Of a stretch of DNA of 64,000 bases, positions 19,646 to 29,083 are shown piece by piece. The first letter of the stretch is position 1. The number at the start of each line of letters is the position of its first letter. The notes under the pieces were generated by a model. It worked only from the letters and a program-made list of their open reading frames with translations, was not told the origin of the DNA and ran no database searches. The stretch comes from Candidatus Altiarchaeales archaeon (lineage in GTDB: Archaea; Altiarchaeota; Altiarchaeia; IMC4; SCGC-AAA252-I15), in the NCBI GenBank assembly GCA_014727915.1, contig WJMO01000006.1, positions 32,001 through 96,000 on the forward strand, written 5' to 3'. The translations under genes and the position numbers were made by a program.

Positions 19646-20269
19646 ATGGATGAGGGTAGCAGAAGCCTTCTGGAACTGATCAAGAGGCGTAGGAGTTGCA
19701 GGTTCTTCGACAGCTCCAAGAGGGTGACCAAGCGGGATCTGATGGCCATACTTGAGGCTGGGAGGTGGGCCCCTTCAGCGAGGAACCTGCAACCGCTGGA
19801 GTTCATAATAGTCAAGGACAACCAAGGACGTGACCGGCTATCCGAGTTCTCACGGCAGAAGCACCCCAGCGAATCCCCGGTTTCCGTCGTAGTGGTCGGA
19901 GACCTCAAGAGGGCGAAGGACGTGGGAGACATATCACCCCATGACACCACCACCCACCTGCGAGGAATGAAGACTTTCATGTTCATGGACGCCGCGGCTT
20001 CCATACAGAACATGCTGCTGATGGCAGAGTCGCTCGGATACAACACACTGTGGATCTCATCCTTCGACGAGGAAGCCTTAGAGGATTTTCTCGGCCTCCC
20101 TGACAGGTTCATGCCAGTCGCGATAATATGCATTGGAAAAACGAGGAAGGAGATACAGGTCCCCCCCAAGAGAACCCTAGGAAAGAGGGTCCATCAGGGG
20201 TCATGGAGTCCGCGGCATCAGGATGAATCACATATAGGCTTCTCCAAGAAGATAAACGTCAAGTTCTGA
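19646..20269 (+). CDS. Nitroreductase family protein
   Basis: 'IKRRRSCR', 'WAPSARNLQP' and 'DAAASIQNMLLMAESLG'; alternative GTG start at 19601. Confidence 0.9.
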   Translation: MDEGSRSLLELIKRRRSCRFFDSSKRVTKRDLMAILEAGRWAPSARNLQPLEFIIVKDNQGRDRLSEFSRQKHPSESPVSVVVVGDLKRAKDVGDISPHDTTTHLRGMKTFMFMDAAASIQNMLLMAESLGYNTLWISSFDEEALEDFLGLPDRFMPVAIICIGKTRKEIQVPPKRTLGKRVHQGSWSPRHQDESHIGFSKKINVKF

Positions 20270-20299
20270 AAGATATAATCACGATACCAATGCGACAAG

Positions 20300-20320
20300 T
20301 ATTTAAATAGTCATGACTAT
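20300..20320 (+). promoter_or_regulatory. TATA box with overlapping 14-bp perfect palindrome (candidate operator)
   Basis: TTTAAATA at 20302-20309; ATAGTCATGACTAT at 20307-20320, 12 nt before ATG 20333. Confidence 0.55.
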
Positions 20321-20332
20321 ATCATAATCGTC

Positions 20333-20749
20333 ATGGAAGGCAAGGGGGTTGGTTACGGACATGAGTTCGAAGAGCTCATAGGCGAGATATCCCAATCCAT
20401 CCAGAAGAACGACCCAGTGACGATAGGCTTCATGCTATACCAGATAGCAGAGGAGCGAAGGAAGACCAACCTGATAATACGAGACCTGAACGCCAAATTC
20501 GACCTCCTAGTGGAGAAAATAGACAACATAGAGGGCAGAACGTCAAACCATGAGACGGGACTCTCCGAAAGGGACCAGGAGGTATTGGACTACGTCAGGA
20601 GAAAAGACAGGATAAGCGCGGAAGAGCTGCAGAAGAAATTCAAATACAAGGGAAAGAACGCCGCCAGCGCCAGGCTCTCAAAGCTGTTCCACGACGGCAA
20701 GCTCGAGAAGGAGTACGCCGGGAGGAAAGTATACTACAAGCTCAGGTAA
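20333..20749 (+). CDS. Coiled-coil plus winged helix-turn-helix protein
   Basis: C-terminal 'LSERDQEVLDYVR...ISAEEL...KNAASARLSKL...GKLEKEYAGRKVYY' wHTH pattern. Confidence 0.7.
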   Translation: MEGKGVGYGHEFEELIGEISQSIQKNDPVTIGFMLYQIAEERRKTNLIIRDLNAKFDLLVEKIDNIEGRTSNHETGLSERDQEVLDYVRRKDRISAEELQKKFKYKGKNAASARLSKLFHDGKLEKEYAGRKVYYKLR

Positions 20750-20765
20750 AGCTTATTACATCACC

Positions 20766-20981
20766 CCAACCACCCCCCCACCCCCCGCTGAAAAAGCGGG
20801 GGGTGGATCCAACTCACCAAAAAAAAAACACGCACATCACTCCAAAAAAAAAGAAGATAGTGGGATGCAGACCACCACCACCCGTATTATAGGGATGCGG
20901 GTGGGTCACAATCACATCGCCTAGATGTGGTAATTCAGCCAACCACCCCCACCCCCCGCTGAAAAAGCGGGGGGTGGATCC
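20766..20981. repeat. Two direct copies of a ~44-bp element, each with a perfect 12-bp stem-loop
   Basis: CCAACCAC(n)ACCCCCCGCTGAAAAAGCGGGGGGTGGATCC at 20766-20810 and 20939-20981; stem CCACCCCCCGCT/AGCGGGGGGTGG, loop GAAAA. Confidence 0.9.
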
Positions 20982-21041
20982 GGTTGAAACATGTCCTAAG
21001 AGAGAAAACGGATAAGCCAGCAGAGCACAGTAAACTGCGAC

Positions 21042-21677
21042 CTATTTCAGCCCGTGACCATCCTGTGAACGGTCAATTTTCGTCCTGGCCTGTTCCGTAT
21101 ACGGACCGGGTTCTTCACCTGACCTATCAGTCCTCCGGCCACCACGACTTCCAGGCCTTCCCCGGCTGCGATTTAGAAGGTCGCCGAGGTTCTCCTCGAA
21201 ATCAGCAGGCGTGTATTCCCTGCCACCTCGTATCTCACTCCACTTCAGCCGGGCCTGATCCTCGAACCACCCCCTATAATCTGGCCCTCCCCGAGGTCCG
21301 ACAGTATAGTTGGGCCCGGCAACATCCAATCCCCTCTTCATCGCATCGGCAGGGTCGGATGTCAGCAACGCAGCGGACAGAACCCACCCAGGGTCGGCCT
21401 CACCGGACTTGCCAGCACTCGCAACAACCTTATCCAACAGTGGGTCCTGGCCTGCCCTATGGGATGTCAGCTTGTTGCCCCAGTAGAGGTTCTGATATAA
21501 CTGGGTCGCTTGTTCAGCCAGTTCCGGGATTGCCTCCTGAACCTCGGCAGGCGAGACCCGTCCGCTCAACGCTCTCAACCTCAGCCGATGTACCTTATCC
21601 CTTTCAAGAATCTCCCCCGGAGGGACAGCAGCATCCTGAATGACGGGAAGATTAGGATGATGTATCTGTTTAACCAT
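21042..21677 (-). CDS. Hypothetical protein
   Basis: 211-aa ATG ORF downstream of ftsY with an AT-rich upstream region. Confidence 0.5.
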   Translation of the reverse strand: MVKQIHHPNLPVIQDAAVPPGEILERDKVHRLRLRALSGRVSPAEVQEAIPELAEQATQLYQNLYWGNKLTSHRAGQDPLLDKVVASAGKSGEADPGWVLSAALLTSDPADAMKRGLDVAGPNYTVGPRGGPDYRGWFEDQARLKWSEIRGGREYTPADFEENLGDLLNRSRGRPGSRGGRRTDRSGEEPGPYTEQARTKIDRSQDGHGLK

Positions 21678-21712
21678 ATTAATTAAAACTGGGAAGGAAG
21701 GGTTTATTAGCT

Positions 21713-22663
21713 TCAGCCGAGGATGTTGTCTATGAACCAGCTCCTGTCGAATTCCCGGAGGTCCTCGTATTTCTGCCCCACGCCCACGTAGATTAGGGGC
21801 TTGTGGGTTGAGTGGACTATCGACAGGGCACCACCGCCTTTCACGTCCGCATCCATCTTCGACAGAACCGCAGCTTCGAATCCCACCTCGTCGTTGAAGG
21901 TCTTCGCCTGCTCGACCGCATCGTTGCCGGCGAGGGCGTCGCCGATGAACAGCTTCATGTCCGGCTGGTTCACACGTATGATCTTCTTCAATTCGTCCAT
22001 TAGATTGGTCTTGCTCTGCATCCTACCCGCCGTATCGGCCAATACGACGTCTATGTTCCTCGCCCTGGCATGCTCGACGGCATCGTATATGACCGCCGCA
22101 GAGTCAGCTCCCCTCTGGTGGGATATGACATTCACTCCTATGTTCTGGGCGTGCTGTTGCAGCTGCTCTATCGCACCCGCACGGAAGGTGTCACCGGCGG
22201 CGAACACAACGGAGAACCCGTTGTCCAACAGCAGCTTCGCCATCTTGGCCATAGTCGTGGTCTTCCCCGTGCCGTTCACGCCCAGGAATAGGACCTTATA
22301 AGGCCGGGGGCCATCGCGGACCGAATCGAGGAATGTGACCTCGCGTTCTGGAGTCAACGACTCCTCCAGCACATCACGTATGCAAGAGCGTATATCATCT
22401 GATATCCCGCGGCCGGACACTTCAAGCCCGACCAGCTTCTCCTTCAAGGACTCGACTATGTGCTCCGCGGTCTCGACCGCCACGTCGGATTGCATGAGAT
22501 CCATCTGAAGCTGCCATAGTGTGTCCTCAACGTCTGCTTCGCCGAGCCTGGCCTTACCGGTGACTGCAGCCTTAACCTTCGTGGAGGCTGTTATCTTGGG
22601 CTCCGCCTTCTCCTTCACATCACCCATGAAAAAATTGAGCTTCTGCTTCAGTGAATCGAACAT
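21713..22663 (-). CDS. ftsY: Signal recognition particle receptor FtsY
   Basis: 'GVNGTGKTTT', 'DTFRAGAIEQL', 'DTAGRM', 'KMDADVKGG' and 'GVGQKYEDL'. Confidence 0.97.
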   Translation of the reverse strand: MFDSLKQKLNFFMGDVKEKAEPKITASTKVKAAVTGKARLGEADVEDTLWQLQMDLMQSDVAVETAEHIVESLKEKLVGLEVSGRGISDDIRSCIRDVLEESLTPEREVTFLDSVRDGPRPYKVLFLGVNGTGKTTTMAKMAKLLLDNGFSVVFAAGDTFRAGAIEQLQQHAQNIGVNVISHQRGADSAAVIYDAVEHARARNIDVVLADTAGRMQSKTNLMDELKKIIRVNQPDMKLFIGDALAGNDAVEQAKTFNDEVGFEAAVLSKMDADVKGGGALSIVHSTHKPLIYVGVGQKYEDLREFDRSWFIDNILG

Positions 22664-22670
22664 TTTGACG

Positions 22671-23090
22671 TCAGTGGCTGTGCTGGCCCATCATCGCCTC
22701 GGCCTGGGTGTTCAGTTCGCCCATCCGGACGGCCATCTCGCCCATGGTCTTGTTGAGCTGCTGCAAAGACTGGGTCAGGTGCTTCCGCCGGCCCTCCAAT
22801 GTCACGATCGCATCGGGGAGTTTTTTCTCCACCGAATATCCGGCGCCTATGTCGACCAGCACGCTCTCAGTGTCCTTCAACGAGGCCGTGATGTAGGAGC
22901 CGGCGCCGAAGGGCACCAGGACCTCAGAGCCTGTCTTCTGGCTTTCAAGCGACTTCAAAGCCTCTACCGTGGAGGTCAGCTCCAGTATGGCCGACTCTAT
23001 CATCTGCCCCTGCTTCCCGAGCTGGTCAAGCTGCCTCTTGCCGGTCTCCAACTGCATCAGAGTGTTCCTTAGCTCTTCGTCCATCTTCAC
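22671..23090 (-). CDS. pfdA: Prefoldin subunit alpha
   Basis: 'EVLVPFGAGSYI' and 'VLVDIGAGYSVEK'; coiled-coil flanks; conserved position upstream of ftsY. Confidence 0.93.
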   Translation of the reverse strand: MKMDEELRNTLMQLETGKRQLDQLGKQGQMIESAILELTSTVEALKSLESQKTGSEVLVPFGAGSYITASLKDTESVLVDIGAGYSVEKKLPDAIVTLEGRRKHLTQSLQQLNKTMGEMAVRMGELNTQAEAMMGQHSH

Positions 23091-23794
23091 ATGTACTGGG
23101 CCTTGCCCTTCTTGGATATTATCACGCGTTCAGGCTGGCGCACTGCGAATATGCCGTTCTCGACCACGCCCGCGATGTTGTTGAGCTCCGTCTCCAGCTG
23201 GAGGGGGTCGGAGAAGTCCAATCCTGTGACGTCAAGTATTATGTTGCCGTTGTCTGTCGTGAACTTCTTGCGCTCCACCACCTTGCCGCCAAGCTCCTCA
23301 AGCTCCGAGGTCACGAAAGCCTTTGCAAAAGGCAAGACCTCGACGGGCAGGGGGAACTTCCCCAGCTTTGCTACCGCCTTGGATTCGTCCACTATGCATA
23401 CGAACTCGGTCGAAGCCGAAGCGACCACCTTCTCCCGGGTCAACGCTCCGCCGCCGCCCTTTATGAGATTGTAGGTCCGGTCCACCTCGTCGGCTCCGTC
23501 CACGTACAGGTCAATGAGGCCTCCGCCCATGTCGCCGGCCTTCTTGAATCCCATCTTGGCGACCTCGTCGAGTGTGGTTACCTTAAGCCCTGATTTCTTG
23601 GCCAGGTCCTCGCTCGCCTTGGAAGATGGCACGACCAAGCCGGGAAACTTCTTCCGCCCCAGCTCCTCTATGAAGTATTTGACCGTCGAACCGGTCCCCA
23701 GACCCAGCTTCATCCCGCCCTTGACTTCCCTGACAGCCATGAGCGCAGCAGCCTTCTTGTCCGCCTCCTGGGATTTGCCCTTAGACTTGGCCAT
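23087..23794 (-). CDS. rpiA: Ribose-5-phosphate isomerase A
   Basis: 'GLGTGST', 'DGADEVD', 'IKGGGGALTREKVVA' and 'TDNGN'. Confidence 0.96.
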   Translation of the reverse strand: MAKSKGKSQEADKKAAALMAVREVKGGMKLGLGTGSTVKYFIEELGRKKFPGLVVPSSKASEDLAKKSGLKVTTLDEVAKMGFKKAGDMGGGLIDLYVDGADEVDRTYNLIKGGGGALTREKVVASASTEFVCIVDESKAVAKLGKFPLPVEVLPFAKAFVTSELEELGGKVVERKKFTTDNGNIILDVTGLDFSDPLQLETELNNIAGVVENGIFAVRQPERVIISKKGKAQYM

Positions 23795-23921
23795 TTTCAA
23801 GTTAAATGAATAAAGTAGGAGAGTATAAAAATGAGGCGCCAGACCAGTGAAAAACAGAAAGGAAAAAAGTATAGAATATTATTAAAAAATTAAAAATAAT
23901 TTAAACTTTTTTAGATTGCAG

Positions 23922-25793
23922 TCACCCTGTGAATGTGGGCCTTTCGGAGAGCAGGCGCGACAGGGGTATCTTCCGGTAGGGCATGTTCTTGGATTTCTCC
24001 TTGACCTCAACTGCCACGACCTCGGCTACGACGGTATTCTGCTCCTTCTCCCCCCGCACCCTCACGGAGACCTTCCCGGATTCCATCTCCTTCTCGCCTA
24101 CGACTATTATGTAAGGTATCCACTCGCGCTCGGCCTGCCGTATCTTCTTGCCCATGGACTCGTTCCTGTCGTCCACGTCCACGCGGATCCTCTCCTTCTC
24201 GAACCGATCCGCCAGTTGGACCGCATAGTCTATGAACTTCTCGGACAAGGGTATCACCCTGATCTGCGTAGGGCACAGCCACATGGGCAGCACGGGAGTG
24301 CCCCCGGATTCCTTCATCATATGGGCCTTCTCCAACAGCGCGTATATCACCCTCTCTATGGCGCCGCTGGGCGAGCAGTGGAGGATTATGGGGTTCTTTA
24401 GGCTCCCATCCTTGTCCGCGAACTTTATGTCATAGCGTTCTCCGTTCTCCACGTCTATCTGGTCCGTCGACAGCGCCGAGGCCTTGTCCAATGCGTCGAC
24501 GAAGTTGAACTCGTACTTGAGTATGAAGTAGAACACCCGCTCATCCCACATCTCGATAAGGGCGGGTTTGCCGAAGTCCTTCACAAGCTCGGTGACGAAC
24601 TCCCGGTTGCTGTCATAGAATCCCCTGGTAACGCGCACCGCAAGCTCGACGTCATCCCTCTCAAGGCCAACCCCCTCGAGGGTCTCCACGCTCAATCTGA
24701 ACCTTCTCTTGTACTCTTTCATCGCCTGGACTAGGTCGGTGCATAGGGCGTGTACGTCCGGCATGGTGAAAGCCCTCAGCCGCCTCAGCCCTGTAAGCTC
24801 TCCGCTCTTCTCCCGCCTGAACGCGTAGCGTGCCAGCTCGTAGAGGCGGAGGGGCAGGCTCCGGTAGCTAAGGGTGGCGTCGTGAGCCATGAGGAACTGG
24901 CCGAAACACGCGGCAAAACGCATGAAATAACGTTTTTCGTCGGATTCTAGCACGTACTGGCGGGCTGGGAACCTGTCCAGGTACTTCTTCAGGGTGGGGT
25001 GCTCGAAGTCGTACATCAGCGGCGTCTCAACCTCCACGCCCCCGTAGTCGAGTATCTTCTCCGTCACATACTGCTCCAGCAGCGCCTTTATCATCCGCCC
25101 CTTCGGGTAGTATCTGAAGTTCCCAGGGTCGCTGGCAGGCTCGTAGTCCACCAGCTCCAGCCTGCGCATCAACTCAATATGGGGTGGTGCCTTCTCGACC
25201 GCGCGTGACTTGGCCTTCTCGTAGGCTGCGAACTTCTTCAGGTTCTCGCATCCCTTGTATTCGAAGCCTTCGATGTCGTGGAGTACCCCGTCCGGCGTCA
25301 TTATGTGCCAGTGGCTGTCGATCTTGTCCTCCTTAGCCAAAGCCTGGGATTCCCCACCTTCATCTTTGCCACCGTCGCCCGGGACTATCGTCCTTGAAAG
25401 CTCGCTCAGCGGATGTCCCTTGCACTTCAACTCGAAGCTCTTGTACCATCCGAACGGAGCCTTCAACGCATTGTACTTGGAACTTATCTTCTCATATGAG
25501 TCGTCCAACACCTTCCGGGCTACGGAGAGCGAGCCCAGGTCGCTGGACAGGTGAGCGTAGGGGTATACGACGATGTTCCCGGCCTTCACCTGCGCCGCCA
25601 TCTTGTCCACGACCGTCACCAGCTCGTCAACAACGAAATCCGGGTCCTTCTCGTCCGGCTTCTCAACGGCCATGAAGCAGACTATGCAATCCTCAAGCCT
25701 TCCTCCCTTCTCGGTTATCTCCTCCGGCTGCTTCACAGCCTTCTTCTGCGCCTCGAACTCTATGTAGTCGCAGTGCAACAGCAGAACGCGCAT
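23922..25793 (-). CDS. thrS: Threonine--tRNA ligase (archaeal type with N-terminal editing domain)
   Basis: Start MRVLLLHCDY at 25793; 'YPYAHLSS', 'APFGWYK', 'CKGHPLSELSR', 'RFAACFGQF' and 'HCSPSGAIER'. Confidence 0.97.
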   Translation of the reverse strand: MRVLLLHCDYIEFEAQKKAVKQPEEITEKGGRLEDCIVCFMAVEKPDEKDPDFVVDELVTVVDKMAAQVKAGNIVVYPYAHLSSDLGSLSVARKVLDDSYEKISSKYNALKAPFGWYKSFELKCKGHPLSELSRTIVPGDGGKDEGGESQALAKEDKIDSHWHIMTPDGVLHDIEGFEYKGCENLKKFAAYEKAKSRAVEKAPPHIELMRRLELVDYEPASDPGNFRYYPKGRMIKALLEQYVTEKILDYGGVEVETPLMYDFEHPTLKKYLDRFPARQYVLESDEKRYFMRFAACFGQFLMAHDATLSYRSLPLRLYELARYAFRREKSGELTGLRRLRAFTMPDVHALCTDLVQAMKEYKRRFRLSVETLEGVGLERDDVELAVRVTRGFYDSNREFVTELVKDFGKPALIEMWDERVFYFILKYEFNFVDALDKASALSTDQIDVENGERYDIKFADKDGSLKNPIILHCSPSGAIERVIYALLEKAHMMKESGGTPVLPMWLCPTQIRVIPLSEKFIDYAVQLADRFEKERIRVDVDDRNESMGKKIRQAEREWIPYIIVVGEKEMESGKVSVRVRGEKEQNTVVAEVVAVEVKEKSKNMPYRKIPLSRLLSERPTFTG

Positions 25794-25827
25794 GGTATAT
25801 AGAATGGAAAAACCATATAATAACCGT

Positions 25828-26346
25828 ATGAGCGCTTTGAAGACGCGTGATAGACGCGAGGGACCGCTGAGCAGGCTCATGGACCTTGTGGCCCCAGGCT
25901 CCCAGAAGGAGGTTGAATGGGTTTTCTCAGACTCCGACGGCAATGTGACAGGGAGCGTCCCCGACGACCGGGCAAGAGAGGTGGGTCCAGGATACTCCGG
26001 GGAGCTGAGATATTTCATAGATGGAAAGCGGTTAGAAGCGGATTTCATAGGCACCAGCGATGGCAGGACCCTCGCACGCAGGGGTTTCAGGTCGGCAGAG
26101 GCGAGGACAAGAGGGTTCATGAACCTGATGCACGCCGCGGAAGACCAGGCAAGACAGCACGGTTGCAGTCAGGTGACCTTGGACACCAGAGCATTCACGG
26201 AACACCCCAAGCTCATGGAAAGGCTGGGTTACAAGCCCTTGGACGACCGGGAGCGGGAATTGCACCGTGAGGAATCAGCCGGCCAGACCATCGAGGAAAG
26301 GAGGGGAGTCGGGTCGTGGGTCAGGTACGTCAAGAAACTCGATTGA
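25828..26346 (+). CDS. Hypothetical protein with GNAT-like C-terminal half
   Basis: 'ARTRGFMNLMHAAEDQARQHGCSQVTLDT...LMERLGYK' resembles GNAT motifs A/B. Confidence 0.5.
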   Translation: MSALKTRDRREGPLSRLMDLVAPGSQKEVEWVFSDSDGNVTGSVPDDRAREVGPGYSGELRYFIDGKRLEADFIGTSDGRTLARRGFRSAEARTRGFMNLMHAAEDQARQHGCSQVTLDTRAFTEHPKLMERLGYKPLDDRERELHREESAGQTIEERRGVGSWVRYVKKLD

Positions 26347-26348
26347 AC

Positions 26349-26855
26349 ATGGACTCTAAGGAGCGCAGTGAGCTGGAGGCGCGTTTGAGGGAGGAGTTTG
26401 AAAGGCTGAACAGGGAGAGGTTCGACAACTCCATCGAGGATTACAAGCTCAGGTTCAGCAAATCTTCCGTGAGGACCCACGGTTCCATAAACCTGGAGAC
26501 CAAGACCATCAGGATATCCTATCCCATGTATGAGCAGCACGGTTGGGAGATGGTCGCCCAAACCCTGTTGCATGAGATGACCCACGCGCTCATACACCAG
26601 CAGGGAGGCCACGCGAGGCACACGAAGAGGTTCTGGAACGAATTCGAGAAGAGAGGAGGGGTGAGGGACAGGATAGACGTGAAGCCAACCGCACCCTACG
26701 TGTACGCCTGCCCCACCTGCCAGCAGGAGATAGAGAGGATCAGGCCTATGAAAAGGCCCTGGCTGTACTCTTGCATAAGATGCGACAGGAACTACAACCC
26801 AAAACACAGGCTATACCTGAAAAGGGAGAAGGGACAGATAAAACTAGAATGCTAG
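26349..26855 (+). CDS. SprT-like zinc metalloprotease
   Basis: 'TLLHEMTHALIH' HExxH, third His in 'HTKRF', C-terminal CPTC...CIRC Zn ribbon. Confidence 0.85.
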   Translation: MDSKERSELEARLREEFERLNRERFDNSIEDYKLRFSKSSVRTHGSINLETKTIRISYPMYEQHGWEMVAQTLLHEMTHALIHQQGGHARHTKRFWNEFEKRGGVRDRIDVKPTAPYVYACPTCQQEIERIRPMKRPWLYSCIRCDRNYNPKHRLYLKREKGQIKLEC

Positions 26856-28201
26856 GGCAGACGCTCGTCGAACCTGCCACGCCTCAAAACCACGGTCAAG
26901 CACCTCTCAGAACCGCCTGCGCAAACGTACTCCTCAAAGCCGTCCACTGGCCTGACCGAGTAACCCAGCTTCCCGTATACGTCATGGGCTGCCATGTCAA
27001 GTGTCCTGAGAGAGTAGGTTGGCGTCCAGACGTTCCTCACATGAGCTCCATCGCCTCCTATGTAGTTCTCCTGCAGGACGTTGTTGTAGGTTACGGCCAT
27101 GTTGGTCTGCCCTCTCTCCGGCAGGGGCAGGTAGGGTATCCACCGGACGTCATGCCCACGCTCGCGCATCATATCAGGGTAGTCTTCTATCATCCCATGC
27201 AGTCCAGGCACACCCTCCACCAGGTCAGCCCAGTAGTCGACTGACATCGCCTCCCTATCATCCGCCTTTACCTGGGGCATTATGTGGAATGAGAAGTACT
27301 GCTTCTCGCTCTTCGGCAGGGACCTAAGCAAGCGGGCGCCCCATAGCGGGTTGCCCACAACTAGGATGTTGTCCCTGGGTTCCCCGTCGACATACGTCGG
27401 ACCCAGCGGCGTCGCCCACATGTCGATGTGCTCAGGGTACAAAGACCTCACATCGCCTGAATCGCGTTCAGGATAGGGCGGTTCGATTATCTCGACGGGT
27501 TTGCCGGCGGCGGCCGACATCCGCTCGACAGCGTTTTCGGGGGTGACATCCATGAGCCCGACAATGTCGGGCGAGCACAGCACCTTCTTGTCGGTGGCGA
27601 CCGCGAAACCCCCCGGACTCAGAAGGCTATACTCGTCCATCAGCCTGAAGAACCTGCCATCATCGTTGATGACCCTCCGGACGAAACGCGGGCTGGATAG
27701 CGTCGTTGGCACACCAGCAGTATGTGACCCGCTCTGATACATCGTCAGAAGGTCCCTCATCCACTCATGGTGTGTAGGGTTGGCTGCGCCCTCGGTAGAG
27801 GTTATTGTGACCGGCCTGTCAGCCAATCCAACGTCATGCAATTCCTGCCTCAACCCCTTAGCCTCCGCATCGTCATAAGCCAGTATCTTGAACCTCACAG
27901 ACGGCCCCATCTGACCCATCAGGGAGAATATCACCCGCTTGGTATCATGGTCGTGGTTCACCATGCACACCTCCGCTATCCTACCGTGTGTGTCGCTCAT
28001 CATGCGAAAGCCCTTTGAGTCCAGTTCAAAGGGGAGCACAAGCTGGTTTTGGGACGGGCGGGCGACCCTGTGGCGCGTGTCATCCGACATGGAGTCATCA
28101 ACGGCGGGCCTGCCGTGGCAGAGGGCATCATCGACAGCAGGCCTCCCGGAGCATGCCATGGAGCGAACAGCCTTCGTCCTTTTGGTCCTGTCCACGGCCA
28201 T
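26852..28201 (-). CDS. Pentein-fold (deiminase/amidinotransferase-like) hypothetical protein
   Basis: 'WMRD', 'EHIDMW', 'TYNNVL' and C-terminal 'GGSERCLT' resemble the catalytic Asp/His/Cys motifs of agmatine/arginine deiminases. Confidence 0.55.
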   Translation of the reverse strand: MAVDRTKRTKAVRSMACSGRPAVDDALCHGRPAVDDSMSDDTRHRVARPSQNQLVLPFELDSKGFRMMSDTHGRIAEVCMVNHDHDTKRVIFSLMGQMGPSVRFKILAYDDAEAKGLRQELHDVGLADRPVTITSTEGAANPTHHEWMRDLLTMYQSGSHTAGVPTTLSSPRFVRRVINDDGRFFRLMDEYSLLSPGGFAVATDKKVLCSPDIVGLMDVTPENAVERMSAAAGKPVEIIEPPYPERDSGDVRSLYPEHIDMWATPLGPTYVDGEPRDNILVVGNPLWGARLLRSLPKSEKQYFSFHIMPQVKADDREAMSVDYWADLVEGVPGLHGMIEDYPDMMRERGHDVRWIPYLPLPERGQTNMAVTYNNVLQENYIGGDGAHVRNVWTPTYSLRTLDMAAHDVYGKLGYSVRPVDGFEEYVCAGGSERCLTVVLRRGRFDERLP

Positions 28202-28273
28202 GTTAAGGATTAGGAGCAGTGACGATATAAGCTTCCTGAAGGTTTTTTTACTGCTAACGTAAATGTTAAGAGG

Positions 28274-29083
28274 GTGAAGCTGATACTATACTCCCAGGAG
28301 GACCTGGCAGGCTCGAACATAGCGCGCATCCTCGTCAACAGCCACGGGTTCTCAGAGTCCGGGGAATACTATTACGGCTCTCCCATACACAAGAAGAAGG
28401 ATGTGCTGTTGATAGGCACCCACACTTCCGTCCGGGACCTGGTTGAAATACCCTTCGACCCTGAAGTCTGCCTGGTCGCGTCCAGGCACAGGTCCGACAG
28501 CGGGAAGCCCACGCTCACATGCCATGCCACGGGAAACTATGGGAGGGCAGACCTTGGAGGGAGGGAGAACACTCTGCAGTTGACCCACGCCCACTACCTC
28601 AGGGAGGCCCTGCTCATGCTGAAGGATAGGAAGAGGGAATACGATCTCGGATACGACGTCACATTGGAGGTTACACACCACGGCCCCACCGGGCTTCCCT
28701 TCCCGCTCCTGTTCGTGGAGGTGGGCAGCTCCGCCGTGGAATGGAGCAGCCTCGAAGCATGCAACGCCGTGTCAGAGACCATATACGACCTCATGTTCAG
28801 CAGCTTCGAGGCCAAGACCCCGGCAATAGGGTTTGGAGGCCCACATTACGCTCCGAACTTCACATTAGCAACCAGGAAATACGCGATAGGCCACATAATG
28901 CCCAAGCACGCAATGGAATCCCTGACCAAGACCATGGTGGAGGAGATGATAGAGAAGACCCTGCCTAGGGCGGAGCTTGCCATAATAGACTGGAAGGGTT
29001 TGAGGAGCAAGGAGAGGAACAGGCTCGTTGAGCTTCTGGACGAGCTGGGGGTCAGCTGGATAAAAACGAGCGATGCAAAGTGA
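28274..29083 (+). CDS. dtdA: D-aminoacyl-tRNA deacylase (archaeal DTD2)
   Basis: 'ASRHRS', 'LTCHATGN', 'EVTHHGPT', 'FVEVGS' and 'GFGGPHYAP'. Confidence 0.93.
   Translation: MKLILYSQEDLAGSNIARILVNSHGFSESGEYYYGSPIHKKKDVLLIGTHTSVRDLVEIPFDPEVCLVASRHRSDSGKPTLTCHATGNYGRADLGGRENTLQLTHAHYLREALLMLKDRKREYDLGYDVTLEVTHHGPTGLPFPLLFVEVGSSAVEWSSLEACNAVSETIYDLMFSSFEAKTPAIGFGGPHYAPNFTLATRKYAIGHIMPKHAMESLTKTMVEEMIEKTLPRAELAIIDWKGLRSKERNRLVELLDELGVSWIKTSDAK

Noticed and set aside
20766-20981. CRISPR mini-array
   Set aside because: Only two repeats, a ~128-bp structured spacer, homopolymer-rich repeat and no cas genes in the window
25794-26120. 109-aa N-terminal extension of ThrRS in the ORF track
   Set aside because: It is antisense to the next gene; homology starts at MRVLLLHCD (25793)
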